Source: Actinomycetota bacterium
Lineage (GTDB): Bacteria > Actinomycetota > UBA4738
Reading direction: 5' to 3'
NCBI GenBank assembly: GCA_036406615.1
Contig: DASXAQ010000020.1
Span: 16,608-80,607, forward strand
Length of the DNA: 64,000 nt
Shown here: positions 55,883 through 64,000 of the stretch, one piece after another
How the letters are laid out: each line of letters begins with the position of its first letter
How positions within the stretch are numbered: the first letter of the stretch is position 1
Translations under genes and position numbers: made by a program
Notes under the pieces: model-generated
The model's database searches: none
What the model saw: the letters and a program-made list of their open reading frames with translations, nothing else
What the model was told of the DNA's origin: nothing

Positions 55883-56767
55883 TCAGTCCGTCAGGTCGAT
55901 CCGCTCGGGGCGCGTGTACACGTTGAACGACGGCCCCCGGAGGAACCCGACCACGGTCATGCCCAGCCGTTCGGCGGTCTCGACCGCCAGGCTGGACGGC
56001 GCCGACACGGCGGCCACGATCGGGATGCCCGCCATCGCGGCCTTCTGCACGATCTCGAAGCTCACCCGGCCGGACACGTGCAGGACCCGTTCGGACAGCG
56101 GCAGCGACCCGTCGAGCAGCGCCCACCCCACCAGCTTGTCCACGGCGTTGTGCCGTCCCACGTCCTCGCGCAGCGCCAGCATCCGGCCGTCCACGTCGAA
56201 CAGCCCGGCCGCGTGCAGGCCGCCCGTCTCCTCGAACACGCGCTGTGCCTGCCGCAGCGCGTCGGGAAGACCAATGAGGGTCGAGCGCGCGATCGCCGGG
56301 CCCGGCGGCAGCGACGAGCAGGCCACCTCCACCTGGTCGATCGACGCCTTGCCGCACACGCCGCAGCTCGAGGTCGCATAGAAGTTGCGCGTGACGTCAC
56401 CCTGATCGAACGCGCGGGACGTTCGAACGGTGACGACGTTGTACCGCTGCTCCGGCACGTCCGTGTCGCAGTAGCGCACCGACTCGATCTCGTCGCGGTC
56501 GTGGATCAACCCCTCCGTCCACAGGAAGCCGGCGGCCAGCTCGAAGTCGTGGCCGGGCGTGCGCATCGTGACGGCGACGCTCACCGCGTCCTGCCCGGGG
56601 CCGCGGACCTGGATCTCCATTGGTTCCTCGGTGGCCAGCCGGTCCGGGCGCTCCGCGGGCAGGCCGTCGCGCACCGCCGTCACCCGCGCGGCGCTCACGC
56701 TTCGTCGCGGCTCGGGCGAGTCGCCCGCGCCGCCGGTGTGGATCGAAGAACGGGCCATCGATCCCAT
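55883..56767 (-). CDS. fdhD: formate dehydrogenase accessory sulfurtransferase FdhD
   Basis: MRTPGHDFELAAGFLWTEGLI, SSCGVCGKASID, GRHNAVDKLVG. Start ATG 56767 or 56758. Confidence 0.85.
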   Translation of the reverse strand: MGSMARSSIHTGGAGDSPEPRRSVSAARVTAVRDGLPAERPDRLATEEPMEIQVRGPGQDAVSVAVTMRTPGHDFELAAGFLWTEGLIHDRDEIESVRYCDTDVPEQRYNVVTVRTSRAFDQGDVTRNFYATSSCGVCGKASIDQVEVACSSLPPGPAIARSTLIGLPDALRQAQRVFEETGGLHAAGLFDVDGRMLALREDVGRHNAVDKLVGWALLDGSLPLSERVLHVSGRVSFEIVQKAAMAGIPIVAAVSAPSSLAVETAERLGMTVVGFLRGPSFNVYTRPERIDLTD

Positions 56768-56792
56768 TATCGGCGCGAGTATCGTGGGCCGC

Positions 56793-57374
56793 ATGGACGC
56801 GTCGCTCACGGGGGTCCTGCTGGCCGGCGGCCGGAGCGCACGCATGGGCGTGGACAAGGCGGCGATGGCGTTCGACGGCGAGCCCCTGGCGGTCCGGGTC
56901 GCGCGGCGGCTGGGGGAGTGCTGCGATCGCGTGCTCGTCGCGTCCGGCGACGGACGGCGCCTGGCCTGGCTGGGCCTCGAGCAGGTGGCCGACCCCATCC
57001 CGGACGCGGGACCGCTGGCGGGCATCGTCGCCGGGCTCGAACACGCGCCGGGGCCGGCCGCGGCGGTCGCGGCCGTGGACATGCCGTTCGCGAGCCCCGG
57101 CGTGCTCCGCCTGCTGGCCTCGCTGCGCGGCGACGCGGACGCCGTGGTGCCGGTCACCGACGACGGCCTCGAGCCGCTGCACGCCGTCTACGCGACGTCG
57201 GCCGCGGCCGCGTTGCGGTCGGAGCTCGAGTCGGGGGTTCGCGCCGTCCGCGAGGCGATCGAGGGGCTTCGCGTTCGCCTCGTGGAACGCCTCGAGTGGT
57301 CGCCGGCCGATCCCTCCGGGGCGTTTGCCCGCAACCTGAACCGGCCGGCGGACCTACCCCGCGGATCCGGCTGA
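56793..57374 (+). CDS. mobA: molybdenum cofactor guanylyltransferase MobA
   Basis: MDASLTGVLLAGGRSARMGVDKA, AVDMPF. TATCGT lies 7 nt upstream of the ATG. Confidence 0.85.
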   Translation: MDASLTGVLLAGGRSARMGVDKAAMAFDGEPLAVRVARRLGECCDRVLVASGDGRRLAWLGLEQVADPIPDAGPLAGIVAGLEHAPGPAAAVAAVDMPFASPGVLRLLASLRGDADAVVPVTDDGLEPLHAVYATSAAAALRSELESGVRAVREAIEGLRVRLVERLEWSPADPSGAFARNLNRPADLPRGSG

Positions 57375-57380
57375 ACCGCG

Positions 57381-57797
57381 TCAGCCGGCCATCGCGTCGG
57401 CCAGCCGGCGCGCGAGCGTGGCCAGCATCGACACGGCGATCGACGGCTCCCGTTCCAGCAACGTCGCGAAGTCTCCGCGCCCGACCGCAAGACAGCGAAC
57501 GGGGGTGACCGCCTGCACGCGCGCGGTGCGGGCGCCGTCGGTCAGCAGCGCCAACTCGCCGAAGAAGTCCCCGGGGCCGCCGGCGATGGGTTCGCGACCG
57601 GGCGTCGTCACCGAGACCTCGCCGTCCTCCACGACGAACAGGCCGCTGCCGGCCATCCCCGGCTGGATCAGCACCGAGCCGGCGGGCGCGTCGAACTCGG
57701 TGGCGGCGTCCAGGATGCGCCGAAGCGAGTCCTCGGGAACGCCGTGGAACAGCGGGATCTCGGACAGGCGCTTCAGCCGGTCGGCGTCGTCGGGCAT
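57381..57797 (-). CDS. stand-alone cyclic-nucleotide-binding domain protein
   Basis: 138 aa. IPLFHGVPEDSL..., GDFFGELALL, RTARVQA. Confidence 0.8.
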   Translation of the reverse strand: MPDDADRLKRLSEIPLFHGVPEDSLRRILDAATEFDAPAGSVLIQPGMAGSGLFVVEDGEVSVTTPGREPIAGGPGDFFGELALLTDGARTARVQAVTPVRCLAVGRGDFATLLEREPSIAVSMLATLARRLADAMAG

Positions 57798-57848
57798 GCG
57801 GGCTCACTCATACCACAGCGGTCCCACGGCAAGCTCGGGACTCCGTCG

Positions 57849-58115
57849 TCAGCCGGCATCGTCGCCGCCGGGGGGTTCCGAGTCGCTGAGCAATTCCCGC
57901 GCCGCGTCCTGCGCGGCCCGGATCGCGCCGGCCCGGTCGTCGCCGGACCGACCCGCCAGGACGCCGGCCAGGAACGCGGACAGCGGCGCGAGCCGCCGAT
58001 CGTCCGTTCCGCGCGCGATGTCGCGCGCGAGGCCGAGCAGGGCGTCGGCCTGCTCGCGCGTCACCGGATCCTGTCCCAGCCTGGCCGCGAACGCGTCGAT
58101 CCACTCGTTCACCAC
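57849..58115 (-). CDS. small DUF6457-like protein (commonly next to mobA in actinobacteria)
   Basis: GTG at 58115 after GGAGG. VVNEWIDAFAARLGQDP...LLGLARDIARG...APLSAFLAGV. Family name from memory. Confidence 0.6.
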   Translation of the reverse strand: MVNEWIDAFAARLGQDPVTREQADALLGLARDIARGTDDRRLAPLSAFLAGVLAGRSGDDRAGAIRAAQDAARELLSDSEPPGGDDAG

Positions 58116-58268
58116 TGCACCTCCACCCCTTTTGATGAATCGCCTCACGCGAGGGTAGCCTTGCCGCGCGGAGCCGTGCGGCTCCGACGCGAACCGATCG
58201 CGGGGAGGGAGCGACACGACGCGCGACGCGCAGCGGCCGAACGCGGGCTCCCTGGGTATGGTGGGTTC

Positions 58269-58886
58269 GTGAGCGTCCGCCCAGGGACCCCCACCCTCGC
58301 GGGCCGCGGCGTGGCGGCGGTCCCCGTCCCCCGCCGGCTCCCGCTGCTGACGGTCGGCATCGTCATCTTCCTCGGTTCGGAGCTGATGTTCTTCGCGTCG
58401 CTGTTCGCGATGTACTTCACGCTTCGAGCCGAACACCCCAGCCTGTGGCCGCCCCCGGGCACCGACCTCGCGGTCCTGCGCCCGGCCCTGTTCACCGCGG
58501 TGCTGGTCGGATCGAGCTTCACCATGCAGATGGCCGACCGCCGGATCAAGCAGGGCAACCCGATGGCGATGCGCCGGTGGATCTGGCTCACCATGGCGAT
58601 GGGCCTGATCTTCCTGTTCGGGCAGGCCTGGGACTACCACGACCTGACCGGGCAGGGCGTGACGATGGCCTCCAGTGCCTACGGGTCGGCGTTCTACACG
58701 ATGACCGGCTTCCACGCGCTGCACGTGACGGCCGGGCTGATCGTGATGCTGGTCGTGCTCGGGCGCGCCGCGACCGGCGCGTACGACCACGGGGAGCATG
58801 CGGCCGTCGAGGCGGCGACGTACTACTGGCACTTCGTGGACATCGTGTGGGTGGCGCTGTTCCTCACGCTGTTCGTGGTTCGGTGA
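58269..58886 (+). CDS. ctaE: cytochrome c oxidase subunit III
   Basis: GSELMFFASLFAMYF, GFHALHVTAG, YWHFVDIVW. Confidence 0.9.
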   Translation: MSVRPGTPTLAGRGVAAVPVPRRLPLLTVGIVIFLGSELMFFASLFAMYFTLRAEHPSLWPPPGTDLAVLRPALFTAVLVGSSFTMQMADRRIKQGNPMAMRRWIWLTMAMGLIFLFGQAWDYHDLTGQGVTMASSAYGSAFYTMTGFHALHVTAGLIVMLVVLGRAATGAYDHGEHAAVEAATYYWHFVDIVWVALFLTLFVVR

Positions 58887-58893
58887 GCCGGGC

Positions 58894-59673
58894 GTGAGGA
58901 TCCCGGTAAACCGGCGCGTCCGGAACTTCGCGATCGTCTTCGCCGCGTTCATGGTGCCCGGCACCCTGTTCCTCGCGTTCGGCTCCGGGCCCGCGCAGGC
59001 CGGCGACGCCAGCCTGTCGGTCGCCCTGCAGACGCAGCTGGCGGATACGGGCCAGCAGCTGTACGAGGAGCACTGCGCCTCGTGCCACGGCGAGGGAGCG
59101 GTCGGCACCTCGATCGCGCCGCCGATCATCGGGCTCGGCCCCGCCAACTGGGACTTCCAGATGTCCACCGGGTACATGCCGCTGGCGAACCCGAAGTCGC
59201 AGCCGATCCGAAAGCCGCCCGTGCTCTCGCCGGCCGAGATCCAGGCGGTGATCGCCTACCTCGAGTCGCTGCAGCCGGGTGGCACGCCGATCCCGGAGGT
59301 GAACCCCGGGGCCGGCAACCTGTCGGAGGGCGAGCGGATCTTCCAATTGAATTGCGCTCCCTGTCATTCCACCAGCGGCAACGGGGGCGCGGTCGGCCCG
59401 CAGGTCGCGCCCAACCTGCACCAGGCGACGCCCAAGCAGATCGGCGAGGCCGTGCGCATCGGCCCAGGGACGATGCCGGTGTTCAACGAGAACGTGATCA
59501 CGCCTCAGCAGCTCGACTCGTTGGTCGCCTACGTGCTGACGCTGCGCGACCCGCAGCATCCGGGCGGGTTCGCGCTCGGGTACGGCGGCCCGATCGTCGA
59601 AGGATTCGTGGCGATCCTGATCGGGCTCGGCGCGCTGGTGCTGGTCACGCGGTTCATCGGAGAGCGATCGTGA
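58894..59673 (+). CDS. qcrC: dihaem cytochrome c subunit of the bc1 complex
   Basis: Two CxxCH motifs (CASCH, CAPCH), N-terminal signal/TM helix and C-terminal TM anchor. Confidence 0.9.
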   Translation: MRIPVNRRVRNFAIVFAAFMVPGTLFLAFGSGPAQAGDASLSVALQTQLADTGQQLYEEHCASCHGEGAVGTSIAPPIIGLGPANWDFQMSTGYMPLANPKSQPIRKPPVLSPAEIQAVIAYLESLQPGGTPIPEVNPGAGNLSEGERIFQLNCAPCHSTSGNGGAVGPQVAPNLHQATPKQIGEAVRIGPGTMPVFNENVITPQQLDSLVAYVLTLRDPQHPGGFALGYGGPIVEGFVAILIGLGALVLVTRFIGERS

Positions 59674-60518
59674 ACGAGCGGGCCGCATCCAGGCTGATGG
59701 CCTGGATCCTGGCGCTTTCGATCCTGGCCGGCGTCGGCCTGTTCGTCCTGTACGCGCTCGGCGGCCAGCCGCAGCTCGAGGGCGCGCTGCTGTTCGTGGC
59801 GCTCGGCGGCGTCGGCTTCGCGCTGATCCTGTGGGGCAAGTACCTGTTCCGCCCCGAGATCGTCACCGAGGAGCGCGAGCCCCACGCGTCGGAGGAGGAG
59901 GCGCTGGCCGCCGCCGAGGAGGCCTACGAGGGCGGCGAGGAACTGGTGGCTCGGCGGTCGTTCCTGGTGCGGATGCTGGTGGGCGCGTTCGGCGCGCTCG
60001 GCGTGGCGGCCATCGTGCCGATCCGTTCGCTCGGTCCGGGCCCGGGACGCTCGCTGTTCCACACCGCCTGGCGCCCGGGCATGCTGCTGGTCGACGAGGC
60101 GGGGCGGCCGATCCAGGCGGGGGCGCTGGCCCTCGACAGCGTCGTGACCGTGTTCCCGCAGGGGCTGACCGACGCGGTCGACTCCGTGGCGGTCCTGGTG
60201 AAGGTTCCGCCGGATGCACTGAACCTGCCGGAGGGCCGGAACGACTGGGCCCCACAGGGAAACGTCTGCTACTCGAAGCTGTGCACCCACGCCGGCTGTC
60301 CGGTCGGCCTGTACCTGGCGCAGTACCACGAGCTGCAGTGCCCGTGCCACTTCTCGGCGTTCGACGTGCTGAACGGCGCCAACCCCGTGTTCGGGCCGGC
60401 GCCGCGGGCCCTGCCGCAGTTGCCGATCGAGATCGACGCTCAGGGGTTCCTTCGCGCGAAGGGTGACTTCACCGCGCCGGTCGGACCGGGGTTCTGGAAC
60501 ATGGGGAAGGGCTCGTGA
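59670..60518 (+). CDS. qcrA: Rieske Fe-S subunit of the bc1 complex
   Basis: GTGA overlap. CTHAGC...CPCHFSAF Rieske motifs and N-terminal TM helices. Confidence 0.9.
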   Translation: MNERAASRLMAWILALSILAGVGLFVLYALGGQPQLEGALLFVALGGVGFALILWGKYLFRPEIVTEEREPHASEEEALAAAEEAYEGGEELVARRSFLVRMLVGAFGALGVAAIVPIRSLGPGPGRSLFHTAWRPGMLLVDEAGRPIQAGALALDSVVTVFPQGLTDAVDSVAVLVKVPPDALNLPEGRNDWAPQGNVCYSKLCTHAGCPVGLYLAQYHELQCPCHFSAFDVLNGANPVFGPAPRALPQLPIEIDAQGFLRAKGDFTAPVGPGFWNMGKGS

Positions 60519-61924
60519 TCCTTCGGATCTTCCGCTGGTTCGACCAGCGGCTCGGCGCCGCGAGCTTCGCCCGCAAGTCGCTTCGCAAGATCTTCCCCGA
60601 CCACTGGTCGTTCATGCTGGGCGAGATCGCCCTGTACGCGTTCGTCATCCTGGTGCTCACCGGGATCTTCCTGACGTTCTTCTACGTCCCCGACTCCGCG
60701 ACGGTCGTGTACCACGGCCCGTACCGCGCTCTGGACGGGCAGACGATGTCGCGGGCGTACGAGTCGGTGATGCGCCTGTCGTTCGAGGTCCGCTCCGGCC
60801 TGGTCTTCCGGCAGATCCACCACTGGGCGGCGCTGGTCATGCTCGCCGCCGTCGCCGTACACGCCGCTCGCATCTTCTTCACCGGGGCCTTCCGCAAGCC
60901 GCGCGAGCTCAACTGGATCCTGGGAACGCTGCTGCTGATCCTGACCATCGGGATCGGCGTGGTCGGATACTCGCTGCCGGACGACCTGCTGTCGGGGACC
61001 GGGCTGCGGGTGATCTATTCGATCGTGCTGTCGATCCCCGTGATCGGGACGTGGCTGGCATTCCTGCTGTTCGGCGGCAAGTACCCGGCCCCGGACATCC
61101 TCAACCGGCTGTTCATCCTGCACGTGATGCTGCTGCCCGCCGCGATCGCCGCCGTCATCGGCGCGCATCTGGCGATCGTGTGGCGGCAGAAGCACACGAA
61201 CTTTCCCGGGCAGGGGCTGACCGAGGACGCGATCCGCGGCGAGCGCCTGTGGCCGAGGTACGCGTTCAAGTCCGCCGGCCTGTTCTTCTTCATGTTCGCG
61301 GTGCTGTCCGCGCTCGGCGGCCTGGTTCAGATCAACCCGATCTGGCTCTACGGGCCGTACGACCCCATCACGGCCAGCGGCTCGAGCCAGCCGGACTGGT
61401 ACGCCGCCTGGCTGGAGGGGCTGGTCCGGCTGTTCCCGGGCTGGCAGATCACGATCTTCGGCTACGTGATCCCCGAGCCGTTCTTCCCGGGCATCCTGAT
61501 CCCCGGGCTGTTCTTCACGGTCATGGCGCTCTGGCCGTGGATCGAAGCGCGCATCACCAGCGACCACGAGATGCACAACCTGCTCCAGTACCCGCGGGAA
61601 CTCGCGTGGCGCACGGCGCTCGGGGTCGCGGGCATCGCGACCATCGTGGTGCTGACGGTCGCCGCCGGCGACGACAGCCTGGCCGCGTTCCTCGACGTCT
61701 CCATCGAGGCGATGACGCACGCGCTGCGGGTCGCGGTGCTCGTCGTGCCCGTCGTGTCGTTCGCCTTCACCTACGTCATCGCGCGCGAGCTCGGGCGGTC
61801 GGGCGCGCATCCGGTGCGGCGATCGAAGGTGGCTGCGGTCCGGCGCACCGGGCAGGGCGGCTTCGAATCCTCCGAGGAGGAGGGCGGCGGGTTCGAGGGC
61901 GCCGACGAGCGCCTCGAGGTATGA
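60515..61924 (+). CDS. qcrB: cytochrome b subunit of the bc1 complex
   Basis: 469 aa. FPDHWSFMLGEIALY, RQIHHWAA, and conserved His pairs in TM helices. Confidence 0.95.
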   Translation: MILRIFRWFDQRLGAASFARKSLRKIFPDHWSFMLGEIALYAFVILVLTGIFLTFFYVPDSATVVYHGPYRALDGQTMSRAYESVMRLSFEVRSGLVFRQIHHWAALVMLAAVAVHAARIFFTGAFRKPRELNWILGTLLLILTIGIGVVGYSLPDDLLSGTGLRVIYSIVLSIPVIGTWLAFLLFGGKYPAPDILNRLFILHVMLLPAAIAAVIGAHLAIVWRQKHTNFPGQGLTEDAIRGERLWPRYAFKSAGLFFFMFAVLSALGGLVQINPIWLYGPYDPITASGSSQPDWYAAWLEGLVRLFPGWQITIFGYVIPEPFFPGILIPGLFFTVMALWPWIEARITSDHEMHNLLQYPRELAWRTALGVAGIATIVVLTVAAGDDSLAAFLDVSIEAMTHALRVAVLVVPVVSFAFTYVIARELGRSGAHPVRRSKVAAVRRTGQGGFESSEEEGGGFEGADERLEV

Positions 61925-62520
61925 GCCCGCCGCGAGGCGATGGTCGACGGGCTGCGTCGGGGGCGGCCGATCCCGCGACGCCGGAGGAGGTCCTGCGCGC
62001 CCTCGCGGATCCGGATCGCCTGGCCGTGGCCGGCATCCTGGCTCGGGGCCCCCGGTCGGCCGAGGCGATCGCCTCGGAGCTCGGGTTGCCTGCCGACCGG
62101 GTTCGGCGGCTGTTGGCGAAGCTGGCCGCGGTCGGGATCGCGAGATCGCCTTCGGAGGGATCCGACTACCGCCTGGTCCGCGAGACGCTGCGCCGGGCCG
62201 CGCGGGAGGTGGGTCCGCAGAGGGATCCGGGACTGGCCCTCGGCGCCGTGGACGAGGATGAGGAAGCCGTTCTGCGCCAATACTTCCGGGCGGGGCGCCT
62301 GCGCGAGATCCCGGTGAAGCGGGCGAAGCGGCTGGTGGTCCTGGAACGCCTGGCGCTGGAGTTCGACGTCGGCTTCCGGTATTCGGAATCGCAGGTGAAC
62401 GACGTGCTCGGGCGATTCCACGACGACCACGCGTCGCTGCGACGCTATCTCGTGGACGAGGGGTTCCTGTCGCGCGGCGGCGGCGAGTACTGGCGCACCG
62501 GCGGCCGCGTCGAGGTCTGA
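61921..62520 (+). CDS. ArsR-like wHTH + DUF2087-type protein
   Basis: ATG overlaps the qcrB TGA (ATGA). LRALADPDRLAVAGILARGPRSAEAIASELGL (wHTH). C-terminal LREIPVKRAKRLVVLERLA...HDDHASLRRYLVDEGFLSR. Confidence 0.7.
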   Translation: MSPPRGDGRRAASGAADPATPEEVLRALADPDRLAVAGILARGPRSAEAIASELGLPADRVRRLLAKLAAVGIARSPSEGSDYRLVRETLRRAAREVGPQRDPGLALGAVDEDEEAVLRQYFRAGRLREIPVKRAKRLVVLERLALEFDVGFRYSESQVNDVLGRFHDDHASLRRYLVDEGFLSRGGGEYWRTGGRVEV

Positions 62521-62552
62521 TGCCCGCCGTGGGTGCGGTCGCCGCTTGGCCG

Positions 62553-64000
62553 CTACTGGACCCAGAGCTGGTCGAGCAGCAGACCCCACTGCATGCTGTG
62601 GACGTTGTTGCCGGCGCGGGCCGAAAGGAAGTCGATGCCGGCGTCGTTCTGGTAGAAGACCGCGGGGCTGAGATCGGTGACGATCTTGTCCGCCTGGGCC
62701 CACAGCTGGCTGGCATGTTCGGACTGCGCGACCTGGGCCGCGCTCGCGCGCCGGATCGCCTTCTGGAGGCGAGCGTTGCAGAGCCGCGAGAGGTTGAACG
62801 TCGATCCGCACTCGAACAGCTGCAGGAAGTCGTGCGCGGCCGGATAGTCCAGGAAGTAGCCGTCCAGGGCGACCTGGACTCCCGGGCCGGGTGGATAGGT
62901 GAGCGCGAAGTATCGGGATTGGTCGCGCGGCACGACGGCGTCGTACCCGAGGGATCGAAGCAGGCCAGCCACGTAGGACTGTGCCTGCCGGCCCCCCGTC
63001 GCGAAGGGGCTCGCCCAAACCTCGACCCGGGCTCCTCGGGTCCCCGACTGCGTGATCAGGCGCTGCGCCCGCCCGACGAGAGGGCCGCTCCACGCGCCGG
63101 TCGAGCGATTGGGGTTCGACGTGTATGGGCAGTAGGGCTCGTATCCGGGGAAGTTTGGTGGCAGGAGCTGACAGGCGATGCGGCCGGCGTTCTGGCCGCC
63201 GACGAGCCGGAGGACGGCCGCTCGGTCGAACGCGTAGTTCACGGCTCGGCGGGCGAGCTCGTTGTCGAAGGGCGGCATGGTGGTGTTCAGGATCACGTAC
63301 GACACGCCGGCCCTGACGAAGGGGTGAACCCGGCCCGCGTACCTGGTGGTGAGGGTCGACACGGCGTCCGCCGGCGGAGGATCCAGCATCGCGTCGGCCG
63401 TCCCCTGTTCCACGTCCCTCACCTGGTCCGCAGGTGAGACGCCGAAGGTGTACTGGATGCGGTCCGGGAATCCGTCGGGCTGGGCCGATTCCGACCACAT
63501 GTGGAACCGCCCGTTGCGGACGAGGGTAAGGCCGACCTTCGCGTCGTAGGAGGCGAACCGGTACGGACCGGTGGCGGGAATCGGGGTCGTCGCCATGCTG
63601 CTCATGGGCACGCCCGCGGGCACGGCGAACGCAAACGGCATGGCGAGCTTCTGCAGGAAGTCGGGGTCCGGATGCGACAGGTGGAATTCGATGGTGCCCG
63701 CCTGGTCGTCGACGACGACCCCTCGCGAAAGATCGCACGTCGAATGGCCGGGGTGAGCCAGGAAGCTCCGGTTGCACGCATCCGCTCCGACGATCGCGTC
63801 GTAGAAGTCGGCGTTCGCCGGGGTGCCGTTGTTGTTGACCTGGAATCCACGTTCGAGGGCGCGCCGGAGGTCGCTCGCCAGCACGGCCGTGCCGGTCGAG
63901 TAGTGGATTCCGGACCTGAGCTGGAAGGCGTAGACCCGACCTCCCGAGGTCGGCGTGGGCACGGCGGTGGCCAGGTCGGGAACGAGCGTTGCTCCGCTGC
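62553..64000 (-). CDS. ABC transporter substrate-binding protein, family 5 (peptide/nickel type), 5' end beyond the window
   Basis: The frame stays open upstream of the track start: ...SGATLVPDLATAVPTPTSGGRVYAFQLRSGIHYS, the classic SBP_bac_5 motif region. Confidence 0.85.
   Translation of the reverse strand, partial: SGATLVPDLATAVPTPTSGGRVYAFQLRSGIHYSTGTAVLASDLRRALERGFQVNNNGTPANADFYDAIVGADACNRSFLAHPGHSTCDLSRGVVVDDQAGTIEFHLSHPDPDFLQKLAMPFAFAVPAGVPMSSMATTPIPATGPYRFASYDAKVGLTLVRNGRFHMWSESAQPDGFPDRIQYTFGVSPADQVRDVEQGTADAMLDPPPADAVSTLTTRYAGRVHPFVRAGVSYVILNTTMPPFDNELARRAVNYAFDRAAVLRLVGGQNAGRIACQLLPPNFPGYEPYCPYTSNPNRSTGAWSGPLVGRAQRLITQSGTRGARVEVWASPFATGGRQAQSYVAGLLRSLGYDAVVPRDQSRYFALTYPPGPGVQVALDGYFLDYPAAHDFLQLFECGSTFNLSRLCNARLQKAIRRASAAQVAQSEHASQLWAQADKIVTDLSPAVFYQNDAGIDFLSARAGNNVHSMQWGLLLDQLWVQ

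Noticed and set aside
60440-63777. 758-aa and 668-aa minus-strand ORFs opposite qcrB, the ArsR-like gene and the SBP gene
   Set aside because: They are low-complexity and have no motifs. They overlap strongly supported genes on the same or the other strand.
1-64000. CRISPR arrays, transposases, integrases, prophage or toxin-antitoxin/defence modules
   Set aside because: Reading both strands, I saw no regularly spaced repeats and no recognisable mobile-element or defence gene families. AdnAB is a repair helicase-nuclease, not a defence system.

Overview
64 kb of very GC-rich chromosome (GC not computed). WhiB, AdnAB, ctaE-qcrCAB and an ask-asd pair point to Actinomycetota. The GC content produces many long spurious alternate-frame ORFs in the track, so I called genes from recognisable motifs, start/stop coupling and synteny. 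I support about 61 protein genes, one tRNA-Pro(CGG) and one long-form SRP RNA. I saw no CRISPR array, transposase or integrase.

Modules, left to right:
- Hopanoid operon: yjbQ-hpnC-hpnD-hpnE-polyprenyl synthase-shc.
- Fatty-acid theme: a MerR/TetR dual-HTH regulator, two DegV genes, an MFS transporter and a divergent PlsY-like gene.
- SRP RNA-dnaX-recR, then ask-asd, rpsD, a class A PBP, NfeD, a response regulator and WhiB.
- selB-selA, an orphan nuoD beside a MidA/NDUFAF7-type methyltransferase, and AdnAB.
- A selenocysteine (in-frame TGA) NAD-type formate dehydrogenase whose alpha subunit is split and encoded in permuted order.
- A seven-gene translationally coupled exopolysaccharide operon containing a miniature exosortase/archaeosortase-like protein and a candidate C-terminally sorted substrate.
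- fdhD/mobA, ctaE-qcrCAB, and a partial ABC substrate-binding protein.

The best candidates for something undescribed are the actinobacterial exosortase-like sorting/EPS locus, the permuted split Sec-FDH, and the nuoD-MidA neighbourhood. All functional calls are motif recognition by eye; no searches were run.
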